Below the pieces are notes generated by a model, which was not told the DNA's origin, made no database searches, and saw nothing but the letters and a program-made list of their open reading frames with translations. The position numbers and the translations under genes were made by a program. Positions 22,201 through 31,929 of a stretch of DNA of 64,000 nt are shown one piece after another. Location: sequence record ON529858.1. One strand, given 5' to 3'. Position 1 is the first letter of the stretch, and the number at the start of each line of letters is the position of its first letter.

Positions 22201-25200
22201 ATGACCGAACAAACCAGCTTCAAGATCGACTCCAAGGGGGCTCAGCGCGACCTAGACGCGCTGGCCTCCGCACTCGATCGCGCCGCCGGCGCCGCTGGTC
22301 GGATGGACCGGGACTTCGCCAAGGCGGCGCAGTCGGCCGACAAGAACCTCAAGACCGCGTCGCGCGCGATGGAGCGCTACGCCCAGATCGCGACCCTGCT
22401 GTCGCGCATCAAGTTCGCCGGCGACGGCGCAGGCCAGATCGCCAAGTTCGGTCAGGCCCTGGACTCGCTTGGCAAGGCTCGCTCGATCAAGCCTGAAACC
22501 ATCAAGGGCTTCGTCAACCTCATCGACGTCGCCGCCCGCGCTCAGCGCATCGCCTTCAATCCCGCTTTCGGCAACTCGATCCGCGACATCGCCTCGGCGA
22601 TGGACTCGCTCGGCCGCGCGCGCCCGCTGCGCGACGGGACCCTGAAGTCGTTCGTCCAACTCATCGACGTCACGTCCCGCGCCCAGCGCGTGCGGATCGA
22701 CCCTGGCTTCGCCGCCGGGATGAAGAACATCGCCGGCGCCATGGACTTTGTCGGCCGCGCCCGCGCCATCCGCCCGCAGACCCTGAAGTCCTTCGTCGAC
22801 TTCATCGAGATCGCGGCCCGCTCCCAGCGCCTGAAGTTCGACCCGTCCACGGCCCAGAGCCTGCGGGCGTTCGGCGCTGCCATCTCGCAACTGAAGCCGC
22901 CGGGCAAGGCCGCCATCGAACGTCTGGACAAGATGTTCGTCGTGCTGGCGAACGCCAAGAAGATTCCGAACGCCGCCGCGATCGCGCGTGACCTGGACAT
23001 GGTCGCCGCCGCCGCCGGCCGCGCCTCCAACGCCCTCGGCGCCCTGCCCGCTCGTATGCGCAGCGCTGGCGGCGGTGGCGGCGGACGTGCGTTCCAAGAG
23101 ACGGCCGCAGGCGCGAACGCCGCGACCAAGGGCTTCTCCAACTACGCCTCCGGCGCCGAGAAGGCCGGCAAGGGGACCTACACCCTGGGCGAGCGCCTGC
23201 GCGGTCTGAACCACCGGTTCTCGATCGCCTATCAGGCCGGCACCCTGTTCACCTCCATGTTCGCCTCCTTCACGCTGGGCGGGTTCATCAAGGGCATCTT
23301 CGATGCCTCGATCAACCTCGCGAAGCTGGAGAAGTCCATGACCTTCGCGACGCGCTCGACGGAGGCCGGTCACCAAGCGACCATGCGCTTCATCGGCGCC
23401 GCCCAGGAAATGGGTCTCAGCCTGAACTCGGTCTCCGAGTCGTTCGGCCGCTTCTCGATCTCGTCGGGCGCCGCCGGCATGTCGCAGGCTGAGTCGTCGG
23501 AAGTCTTCATGTCCGTCGCCCGCTCGCTGCAAGTCGTCGGCGCGTCCGCCCAGCAGACCGAATACGCGATGTATGGTCTGACGCAGATGATTCAGAAGGG
23601 CAAGGTTTCGTCCGAAGAGTTCAACCGTCAGATCGGTGAACAAATCCCCGGTAACGCCACGGCCGGCGCCATGGCGATGTCCAAGATTCTCGGCCGCAAG
23701 GTCGAACTCGCCGAGTTCTTCGACATGATGCGCAAGGGGCAAATCATGTCGAAGGAGTTCTCGATCGAGTGGGCGCGCGCCCTGAACTCGATGTTCGCTC
23801 CCATGCAGGGGATGCTCCAGAACCGTCCTGACCTCGCCGTCAACCGCCTGAAGAACGCCTTCACGATCTTCCAGCAGGAGATCGGCAAGAACCGCTTCAT
23901 GACCGAGATCGGCGTCCAACTGAACCGCCTCGCGGGTCTGTTCGGCAAGGTCGAGAACGGCGTCTTCAAGCTGCATGACCCGGTCCGGGAACTTGCCAAG
24001 CAACTCGGCCACAACCTCGCCAACGGCGTGCGTGTGATCGGTGACGCCCTGGTCTGGGCGTTCGAGAACATGGACAAGCTGATCCTGGCCGGCAAGGGCA
24101 TGGCTGCTCTCCTGGTCGGCTCGACCTTCTTCTCCTGGGGCAAGAGCGCGATCGAGGCCGCCGGCAAGATCATGCTGATGGTCGGCGCCATGCGCGCCGC
24201 CAAGGTTGAAGCCGCCGCGACCGCCACGGCGAAGACGGTCCAGGCCGCCGCCACCACGCCCGGCATCGTCGGCGCGGGTGCGTCGACGGCTGACATCATC
24301 GCCCAACGCAACATGCGCGGCATCGCGCCCACGGCGGTCGGCGGCTCTGTGACCACCGCTCAGAAGTTCGCCTCGAACAACGAATACGGCGTCAACACCT
24401 TCGCTCGCCCGACCGGTCCCGACGGCAAGCCCGCCCAAGGCATGGGCGCACGTCAGTTCGGCCGCCGCGCCCTGTCGCCCGCGCTCGCCAATGCCGGCGC
24501 GGCTTCCGCTGCTGCCTCGGGCGCAGGCCAGATCGCATCCGCCGGCACCGCCGCTGCGGGCGCGGCTCCCAAGGTGAACATGCTGAGCGGCGCCATCCGT
24601 GGCCTGGGTCTGGCGTTCGGCGCCTTCTCGCTCCTGGCGATCGCCGCCGTCGCAACCCTGGCCGTCTTCTCGGACAAGCAGGTCGAAGTCGCCGGCAAGT
24701 CCGTCAAGGGCGGAGACATTATGATGGGCTCGCTCGACGTCGTCGGGAAGTCCTTCAAGGATTGGGCCAAGACCACCGGCGACAGCATCACCGGCGTGTC
24801 GGGTTCGTTCGACTGGCTGGACAAGAACGCCGGCGAACTGATGGTCGGCCTGATGGCGGCTGTCATCACGATCGGCAAGACCTTCCTGACCGTCTTCACC
24901 TCGATCGGCAAGATCATCGGCACCGTCGTCGCCAACATGATCATCCCGGCGATGATGGGTATCTCCAAGCTGGCGAAGGGCGACATCATCGGCGCCGCCG
25001 AGACCTTCCTGAAGGAATCCTTCACCGGCAACGCCAGCCGCATGATGGAAACCGCCCGCGAGATCGGTGGAGACTTCGTCGCCGCCGCCGACTACGAAGG
25101 CACCGCCACCTCGATTCGCACTGCCGCGATCGGGCGCGCCACCGACCGCAACGCCGCGAACAACGCCAACGACCTCGACCAGCAACGTCAGACCGACGCA

Positions 25201-28200
25201 GCCCTGCGTCAGCAGGACATCGACGCCGCCAACATGCAGCGCGAAGCCGCCGCGCGTCAGATCGACGCCGCGCGCCGGATGCAGGAAGCCATGTCGCCGC
25301 CGTCGTGGCAAGCCCTGCGCACGCGCATCGTGGCCCTGGCTACGGGCGAATACGCCGCCTCGAATCCTGTCCGTGCTCCCGGCTCGGCCGCCACCGCGAC
25401 CGTTTCGCCCACGGGCGCCACCGCCGGCAACACCCCTGCGGGTGCGACGGCTGCGCGCCCCACCGGCGGCAACTCCGTCGAGATGGCGCGCAGCACGATC
25501 GCTCGGTTTGAAGGCTTCAGAAACACCGCCTATTGGGACGTCAACGCCCTGCGCGCAGGCTATGGCTCGGACACCACCACCGACGCCGCGACCGGCCGCG
25601 TCTCGCGCATCACCCGTGGCTCCAACGTCAGCCGCGCCGACGCCGACGCCGACCTGAGCCGCCGCATCACCACCGAGTTCATGCCCGTCGCTCAGCGCGC
25701 GGTCGGAGCCGCCTGGGCGAACCTGGACGCGGCGACGCAAGCCGCCCTGACCTCGGTCACCTACAACTACGGCAACCTGCCCGGTCGCGTCGCCCGCGTC
25801 GTGCGCGCCGGCGGAACCACGGCTGAGATCGCCGATGCGGTCCAGGGCCTGGGCTCGGACAACAACGGCGTCAACCGTCGCCGTCGTGCGGCGGAAGCCG
25901 GCATGATCCGCTCGGGCACCGGCATCGCAGCCGGCGGCGGGTCGGGAAACCCCGGCTCTGACGACGACGTCCAGAAGCAATACGAGCAGGCCATGAACGA
26001 CTACAAGTCGTTGCAGTCCTTCTCGGCCCAGAGCGGTCCCATGGGTGCTGCTCTGGCCTCCATTGCGTCCAAGCTGGAGCCCCTGCGCGACATCATCGAA
26101 CGCGACGAATCCCGTGTCGCCGGCGGCGCTCAGTCCCTCTTCACGCCTGAAATGGTGGCGCAGATGGACAGCGCCATGGCTGGCCTCATCAAGGAACTCG
26201 CCGACGCCGTCAACCCGTTCGCGGCCCTGGTTCGTAAGATGAACCAGTCCAACGATGTGACGGCCATGACGCTTGCCGGCGGAAACGAGTCGAGCGTCGC
26301 TTGGCGTCAAGCCCTGAACGACCTGAAGGACCAAGGTTACGACCTGGAAGCCATGGAGGACCCCACGGTCCTGCAATCGGCTCTGAACGATCTGCTCGGT
26401 GAAGAGCACTCCCTGCGGGTTCAAAATCTGGCCGACGCTCAGGTCGAGTTCGAACTGGCGCGCCTGCGCGGCAAGAACCTGCAAGCCGAAGTCGACCTGC
26501 TGCAAACGCGCAACGCCCTGACCGTCCAGAACATCGTCGACACGGGCTCGCGTCGCGAAGGCATCTTCGCGAACCTCGTGAACGCTTCGTCCGACGTCGG
26601 CTCCTATGAAGACAAGCTGATGGGTCTGACGGCTCAGCAGCGCGCCTCCATGGGCGCCAACGCCGCCCTGCAAGACAGCGCCGCCGCGACCGCCGCTGCG
26701 CGCGACATCCGCGTGCAACTGTCGGAAATGCTCTCCAACGAGCACCTGACTCAGGCCCAGCGCAGCTTCCGCGAAACCTACAAGCAGGCCCTGGAGCAAC
26801 TGACCGGACTGTCCGGCCGGACCCTGGGTCAACTGACCTCGCAAGCGACCGATTCGCAACGCGCCCTGGCTGACCAATACGCGAAGACCATCGAGCGCCT
26901 TGAAAACCCGCCGGGCTTCCAGGCCTGGGTCGACGGCCTGGAGCCGTTCGCCCGTCGCATGGAGAAGATCAAGACCGACTTCATGGACAACCTGTCCGAC
27001 GGCATCACCGACTCGCTCATGGGTGAAGAAGTCGACTGGAAGGGTATGCTGAAGAGCATGACCCGCGACTACCTGAAGGCTCAGGTCGATGAGCAACTGA
27101 AGGGCATCATGGGCTGGTTCGGCATCGGCAAGGGCGCTGAAGAAGCCGCAACGCCGGAGGCTCAAGCCCTGGTCGACGCCGGGACCAACCTGTCGCAAGT
27201 TGCAACGGCTCAAATCACGCCGGCTGCAACTGAACTGTCCACGGCCGGCACGGGCCTGCAAACCGCCGCGACGGCGCTGAACGGCGCCGCCCAGGCGATC
27301 TCGGTTGCTGCGTCTTCGCAGGGCTCGATCGCGAATACCGCCATCTCCGCCATCTCGTCGGCGGCGACCGGCTCCATGGACACGCCTCTGGACCTGAACT
27401 CGCTGATGGACGGCACGCCTGAGAGCGCGGCTCGCCAGAACGCCATCACCAAGTCGCTGAACTCGTCGTCGGCCGGCGTCACGCCGGCCAATGACAACAT
27501 CCTGAGCGACATGCTCCAAGACATCGGAACGACGTCGTCGAAGAACCCGATGACGGAAGACCAGATCACCCGGACCCTGCTGGCGTTCCAGAATGCGCCC
27601 TCCACTGAGCAGTTCGACTTCGGCGCGATGCTGTCGAAGATCATGGGCGGCACCGTTTCGGCTGAGGACAATAACGCCCTGCTGGCCGGCGACGTTAGTT
27701 CGCTCGCGGGCACGATCCTCAACCCCGGCGGTGGCGGCGGCCCGCTGCAAGCCCTCATGGGAATGTTCGGCATGGGCGGCGGCGGCGGCGGCCCGATGCA
27801 AGCCCTGATGGGAATGTTCGGCATGGGCGGCGGCGGCGGCGGCGGCGGCCCGATGCAAGCCATCATGGGAATGTTCGGCGGCGGCGGCGGCGGTGCAGGC
27901 GGCCCCGGCCAAATGCTGTCGTCGCTGTTCGGCGGCGGCTCGGCGGGCAAGGGCGGCGGCCCGATGCAGATGCTGATGACGCTGGCGTCGCCTATTCTCG
28001 GCCAGTTCCTGAACAAGAAGAAGGAGCCCAAGACCGTCCGCGAACTGAATGTCGGCGGTCTGCTCAACCCCATGGGCGGCGTGACCACCGAGTTCACCGA
28101 GGTCGCAGCCCACGCCAACCCGATCGCTCAGATCGCCAACATGGCGCTCAGCGCCTTCACGGGCGGCTTCGGCAAGGGCGGCGGCATGTCGTTCGGCAAG

Positions 28201-28605
28201 ACCATGGGGAACATGGGTTCGTCGATGTCGGGCAACTTCGGCAAGATCGGCAAGCTGTTCGGCGGCTTCCAGGAAGGCGGCATCGCGGGTTCGCCCGTCA
28301 CCTTCCACTCGGCGGCGAACGTCGACTGGTCCACCGCGCCCCACTACGCAGAGGGCACGGCGAACACGTCGGGCGGAATGCCGGCGATCCTGCACCCCGA
28401 GGAAGCGGTGATCCCGCTGTCGCGCGGTCGCAAGATCGGCGTCGAAATGAAGGGCGGCTCGACGGGCGGCATGACGAACGTGAACTCGAACATCACGATC
28501 GTCGCCCAGGACCCGAACGCCTTCCGTGCGTCGAAGGCCTCGATCGCTCGCAACCAAGCCCGCACGCTGAAGCGCGCGGCGGTCCGGAACCTCAACCCGC
28601 TCTAG
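22201..28605 (+). CDS. Tape measure protein with internal lysozyme-like domain (2134 aa)
   Basis: Tape-measure signature (YAMYGLTQMIQKGKVSSEEFNRQIGEQIPG); Ala-rich helical body; IARFEGF..AYWD...AGYG...ALTSVTYNYG at ~25483-25910; C-terminal HPEEAVIPL. Confidence 0.92.
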   Translation: MTEQTSFKIDSKGAQRDLDALASALDRAAGAAGRMDRDFAKAAQSADKNLKTASRAMERYAQIATLLSRIKFAGDGAGQIAKFGQALDSLGKARSIKPETIKGFVNLIDVAARAQRIAFNPAFGNSIRDIASAMDSLGRARPLRDGTLKSFVQLIDVTSRAQRVRIDPGFAAGMKNIAGAMDFVGRARAIRPQTLKSFVDFIEIAARSQRLKFDPSTAQSLRAFGAAISQLKPPGKAAIERLDKMFVVLANAKKIPNAAAIARDLDMVAAAAGRASNALGALPARMRSAGGGGGGRAFQETAAGANAATKGFSNYASGAEKAGKGTYTLGERLRGLNHRFSIAYQAGTLFTSMFASFTLGGFIKGIFDASINLAKLEKSMTFATRSTEAGHQATMRFIGAAQEMGLSLNSVSESFGRFSISSGAAGMSQAESSEVFMSVARSLQVVGASAQQTEYAMYGLTQMIQKGKVSSEEFNRQIGEQIPGNATAGAMAMSKILGRKVELAEFFDMMRKGQIMSKEFSIEWARALNSMFAPMQGMLQNRPDLAVNRLKNAFTIFQQEIGKNRFMTEIGVQLNRLAGLFGKVENGVFKLHDPVRELAKQLGHNLANGVRVIGDALVWAFENMDKLILAGKGMAALLVGSTFFSWGKSAIEAAGKIMLMVGAMRAAKVEAAATATAKTVQAAATTPGIVGAGASTADIIAQRNMRGIAPTAVGGSVTTAQKFASNNEYGVNTFARPTGPDGKPAQGMGARQFGRRALSPALANAGAASAAASGAGQIASAGTAAAGAAPKVNMLSGAIRGLGLAFGAFSLLAIAAVATLAVFSDKQVEVAGKSVKGGDIMMGSLDVVGKSFKDWAKTTGDSITGVSGSFDWLDKNAGELMVGLMAAVITIGKTFLTVFTSIGKIIGTVVANMIIPAMMGISKLAKGDIIGAAETFLKESFTGNASRMMETAREIGGDFVAAADYEGTATSIRTAAIGRATDRNAANNANDLDQQRQTDAALRQQDIDAANMQREAAARQIDAARRMQEAMSPPSWQALRTRIVALATGEYAASNPVRAPGSAATATVSPTGATAGNTPAGATAARPTGGNSVEMARSTIARFEGFRNTAYWDVNALRAGYGSDTTTDAATGRVSRITRGSNVSRADADADLSRRITTEFMPVAQRAVGAAWANLDAATQAALTSVTYNYGNLPGRVARVVRAGGTTAEIADAVQGLGSDNNGVNRRRRAAEAGMIRSGTGIAAGGGSGNPGSDDDVQKQYEQAMNDYKSLQSFSAQSGPMGAALASIASKLEPLRDIIERDESRVAGGAQSLFTPEMVAQMDSAMAGLIKELADAVNPFAALVRKMNQSNDVTAMTLAGGNESSVAWRQALNDLKDQGYDLEAMEDPTVLQSALNDLLGEEHSLRVQNLADAQVEFELARLRGKNLQAEVDLLQTRNALTVQNIVDTGSRREGIFANLVNASSDVGSYEDKLMGLTAQQRASMGANAALQDSAAATAAARDIRVQLSEMLSNEHLTQAQRSFRETYKQALEQLTGLSGRTLGQLTSQATDSQRALADQYAKTIERLENPPGFQAWVDGLEPFARRMEKIKTDFMDNLSDGITDSLMGEEVDWKGMLKSMTRDYLKAQVDEQLKGIMGWFGIGKGAEEAATPEAQALVDAGTNLSQVATAQITPAATELSTAGTGLQTAATALNGAAQAISVAASSQGSIANTAISAISSAATGSMDTPLDLNSLMDGTPESAARQNAITKSLNSSSAGVTPANDNILSDMLQDIGTTSSKNPMTEDQITRTLLAFQNAPSTEQFDFGAMLSKIMGGTVSAEDNNALLAGDVSSLAGTILNPGGGGGPLQALMGMFGMGGGGGGPMQALMGMFGMGGGGGGGGPMQAIMGMFGGGGGGAGGPGQMLSSLFGGGSAGKGGGPMQMLMTLASPILGQFLNKKKEPKTVRELNVGGLLNPMGGVTTEFTEVAAHANPIAQIANMALSAFTGGFGKGGGMSFGKTMGNMGSSMSGNFGKIGKLFGGFQEGGIAGSPVTFHSAANVDWSTAPHYAEGTANTSGGMPAILHPEEAVIPLSRGRKIGVEMKGGSTGGMTNVNSNITIVAQDPNAFRASKASIARNQARTLKRAAVRNLNPL

Positions 28606-29048
28606 TAGCCGGGCGAGCCTGGGCCGTCGTCGCGGGCGAGCAGGATGTAGTTGCTGCGATCGCAGCCGGCGGCGCGCCAGTCCCTGATCTCCTGGGGCTG
28701 GGTGCTTCTGATCTGGGGTTCGATCAACAGGTCAGGCGCCGAGCGCATGATGAAGGACACCCACGGTCCGTTGTTGTATTTCACCGTGCCGCAGTAGGTC
28801 GTGCCGGCGCCGGGGCGAGTGAACAGGGCGACGTCGCGCACCTCGGTCGCGGCGCCCGTCACATGGCTCAGGTCGCGTTCCATGTTGTCCAACAGGACAT
28901 CGGCGCGCTGATCCCGGATTTCGCCAGACGAGTAGCCCAGCGGCCCACCCAGGTAGGTCTCCCTCGCCTGGGAGTTGGCGGCGTCGGCGCAGGCGGTCAC
29001 GGCGATCGCGAGGCTGGCGACTGCGAGAAGTCTCGTGGTGCGGTTCAT
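28602..29048 (-). CDS. Lipoprotein (148 aa), opposite strand inside the tail operon
   Basis: AAGGAG RBS; signal MNRTTRLLAVASLAIAVTA-C lipobox; minus-strand TTGACA at ~29111-29116. Confidence 0.75.
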   Translation of the reverse strand: MNRTTRLLAVASLAIAVTACADAANSQARETYLGGPLGYSSGEIRDQRADVLLDNMERDLSHVTGAATEVRDVALFTRPGAGTTYCGTVKYNNGPWVSFIMRSAPDLLIEPQIRSTQPQEIRDWRAAGCDRSNYILLARDDGPGSPGY

Positions 29049-29196
29049 GGGGGCTCCTTCCGTTAAGGGGTTGTCAATACTCTCACGCCAATACGATCCC
29101 TTTTTCTCCCTGTCAACTCTTTTGACGTTGAACGTCGTCGATCTTGACGTTAACCACGATCTCTGTCATCCAAGGACCTCCCCAGCCGGACCCCTA

Positions 29197-31929
29197 ATGA
29201 GCGACTTCCACGAAATCCTGTTCCCGCCGACGATCTCCTATGGGTCGTCGGGCGGACCCCGGTTCAAGACCACGCTGTTCACCACGGACGCGGGCTATGA
29301 GCAGCGCAATATCGACTGGACGGAAGTCAGGCACGAATACGACGTGGCCCACGCCATGCGCGAGTTCGACGGCACGCTGAACGTCGCCGGCATCCACCAG
29401 CTTCACGCCTTCTTCATGGCGCGCGCCGGCCGGTCGCACGGCTTCCGCTTCAAGGACTGGAACGACCACCGCGTCGACGACGGGCAGGTTCTGGGCTCCG
29501 GCGATGGCGGCACGACCTCCTTCCAGATCATCAAGACCTACTACGAGAAGCAGAACGAAAACCAGTGGGAGTCGATCTTCGACCGCCGCATCACGAAGGT
29601 CGATTGGGACTCCGTGATCACCGTCCGCCTGGACGATGAGATCATCAATCCGATGTATTGGACCCTCGACTACAACACCGGCATCCTGACCTTCCTCACG
29701 GCCCCGCCGGTCGGCGCTTCCGTCACCATCGACGGCGTCCTGTTCCACGTCCCGGTCCGTTTCGACACCGACTATTGCGACGTCACGGTCGAGTTCTGGA
29801 ACGGCGGCTCCTGGCCGTCGATCCCGCTGATTGAACTGCGCCAGCCCAACGACGCCTACAAGATCAAGAGCCTGACGCTCAACGACACGATCCATGAGGT
29901 CCTGTTCCCCGTCGGTGTCTCCTGGGGCGCCTCGGGCGGACCGAAGTTCAAGACCGCGATCTATACGATCGACTCGGGCTACGAGGCCAACGTCCGCGAC
30001 TGGACCCGCACGCGGGCGGAATACGAGTGCTCGCACGAGGTCAAGCACCCCGAGCAGATGAAGACCCTGACCGAGTTCTTCATGAACCGGCGCGGGATGG
30101 CCTACGGCTTCCGCTACAAGGACTGGTCCGACTACCGGCTCAAGCAGGAGAAGATCGAAGGCAAGGGCAACCACGCCCAGAAGATTTTCCAGATCACGAA
30201 GACCTACCGCAGCCACCGCGAAGGCGCGGAGCCGACGACCTACGTCCGCCGCATCACGAAGCTGGCCTGGAACACCATCGCCGGCGTCACCGTCGGCGGC
30301 GTCGTCGCCCGCCAGTCCAATGAAGGCGATTGGGGCGACATCACGGACTTCACCAAGCCCTGGTATCACGTCGACGTCGACAAGGGGAAGATCGAGTTCT
30401 ACGAGGCCCCGGCCGGCCGCCGCTACGAAGGCGTGACCGACCGCACGCCGCTGACGCTGATCACCACCGGCGGACTGTTCACGAACTCGGTTGCGACCAA
30501 CATTGGCGGCCGGTATGTCTACGCCGATCCCGACGCCGGCTACATCTACATGCTGGGCGGCGGCGGCGGGCAGAACGGCATTCGGCGCGTCCGGATGTCT
30601 GACGGCGTCGAGGACTTCCAGGTGCGGTCCGAGACGATCGGCTTCCCCCTGACCAACGTCTCCTATGACGACCGCAAGATCAGTTCGTTCGTGGCGGCCG
30701 GCAACGGCTTCATCTACGTCATGGTCGGCGGCTTCAACACCCAGGTCCTCTATAAGATCGACCTGAGCGACTTCAGCATCGCCGCGTCGCGCGGGACGGC
30801 CGCCGGCGGCCTCCCGTCCGGATCGCAGACTTCCGCCGCCCTCGCACCCGGCGCCGTCTCCAAGGACGGCACGCGGGTCATCCACCTGGGACAACTCGGC
30901 GGCGAAGACGCCGTCAACGTCTTCACCACCGAAGACCTGACCCCGGTGCGGACCTGCGACGTGGGCGGCTTCATCCCGATCGCGAACAACCCCCTGCGCG
31001 CCGCCTGCCCGCTCTACGAGGTCAACTTCGGCATCCTCCTGTCCTGGGACGTCAACTCCGACAAGGGCGCCCTGGTCGAGCTGTGGGACGACGCCGGGCA
31101 CAAGCTGCTTCAGTTCGAAGGCGTGGGCGACTGGATCGCTCGCGACGACGGGGCCACGCCCACCGACGCCGGCGTCCTGGTCGGCTGGCACGACGCCGAC
31201 GGCGTCTACATCTCCAAGTATTCCGAGGCCGAGCAGAAGGAAGTCTGGCGCGCCACTGTGCCCGTCCAGGGCGCGGTGTCCCCGCAGTCGCGCGTCGCCG
31301 GGCACATGGCCTATGCGGCGGATGACGTGATCATCCACATCGACACCACCACCGGCGAGGTGATCACCCGCGCCAGCGAGGTCGACAACTTCTCGTCGGC
31401 GCAGTTCTACGACCGCATCACCGACCGCATCTACGGCGTGCCCCAGATCAACGAGGTCGACGGCTATCTGGACACCAGCGTCGAGGGGCTTCAGGTCCTG
31501 GATGCGGCTGAAATCGTCATCGGCACGGCCGAGTTCCACGTTCCGGTCCGCTTCGACAGCGACCAACTGGACGTGACCCAGGACCACTTCAACGTCTCGT
31601 CGTGGCCGTCCATCAGCCTCGTCGAAATCCGCGATTGGGTCGAACTCGGGATCAGCGAGCCGCCGGCGCCGCGCGGCGTCAAGAGCCCCCACACCATCAC
31701 GCCGGGCAAGCGCTGGCAGACCGTGCTCGCGAGCGGCGGCGTCGGCGCAGTCGCCTATTATCCGACGGCCTACGCGGCGTGCCGCCGCCAGTGGGAAGAG
31801 TTCGCCAACACCGAGCGCACCGAGTTCATCGGCGCCACCGTGCTCGATAGCGGCAACGCCGTGTGCATGTGGTCCTACATCCCGGCCGATCCGCTGCCGG
31901 CCATCGTTTCTCTAGTTGACGACGTCTGA
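29197..31929 (+). CDS. Tandem DUF2460 distal tail protein with large inserted domain (910 aa)
   Basis: Two FHE.LFP..ISYGSSGGP.FKT...FHVPVRFD units; the second is split by a ~360-aa insert. Confidence 0.85.
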   Translation: MSDFHEILFPPTISYGSSGGPRFKTTLFTTDAGYEQRNIDWTEVRHEYDVAHAMREFDGTLNVAGIHQLHAFFMARAGRSHGFRFKDWNDHRVDDGQVLGSGDGGTTSFQIIKTYYEKQNENQWESIFDRRITKVDWDSVITVRLDDEIINPMYWTLDYNTGILTFLTAPPVGASVTIDGVLFHVPVRFDTDYCDVTVEFWNGGSWPSIPLIELRQPNDAYKIKSLTLNDTIHEVLFPVGVSWGASGGPKFKTAIYTIDSGYEANVRDWTRTRAEYECSHEVKHPEQMKTLTEFFMNRRGMAYGFRYKDWSDYRLKQEKIEGKGNHAQKIFQITKTYRSHREGAEPTTYVRRITKLAWNTIAGVTVGGVVARQSNEGDWGDITDFTKPWYHVDVDKGKIEFYEAPAGRRYEGVTDRTPLTLITTGGLFTNSVATNIGGRYVYADPDAGYIYMLGGGGGQNGIRRVRMSDGVEDFQVRSETIGFPLTNVSYDDRKISSFVAAGNGFIYVMVGGFNTQVLYKIDLSDFSIAASRGTAAGGLPSGSQTSAALAPGAVSKDGTRVIHLGQLGGEDAVNVFTTEDLTPVRTCDVGGFIPIANNPLRAACPLYEVNFGILLSWDVNSDKGALVELWDDAGHKLLQFEGVGDWIARDDGATPTDAGVLVGWHDADGVYISKYSEAEQKEVWRATVPVQGAVSPQSRVAGHMAYAADDVIIHIDTTTGEVITRASEVDNFSSAQFYDRITDRIYGVPQINEVDGYLDTSVEGLQVLDAAEIVIGTAEFHVPVRFDSDQLDVTQDHFNVSSWPSISLVEIRDWVELGISEPPAPRGVKSPHTITPGKRWQTVLASGGVGAVAYYPTAYAACRRQWEEFANTERTEFIGATVLDSGNAVCMWSYIPADPLPAIVSLVDDV

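Noticed and set aside
22252-28557. 2,101-aa minus-strand ORF, and similar ones at 19178-21313, 29194-31692, 37679-39943, 49023-51821 and 59190-61325
   Set aside because: Mirror ORFs caused by codon bias of real genes on the opposite strand.
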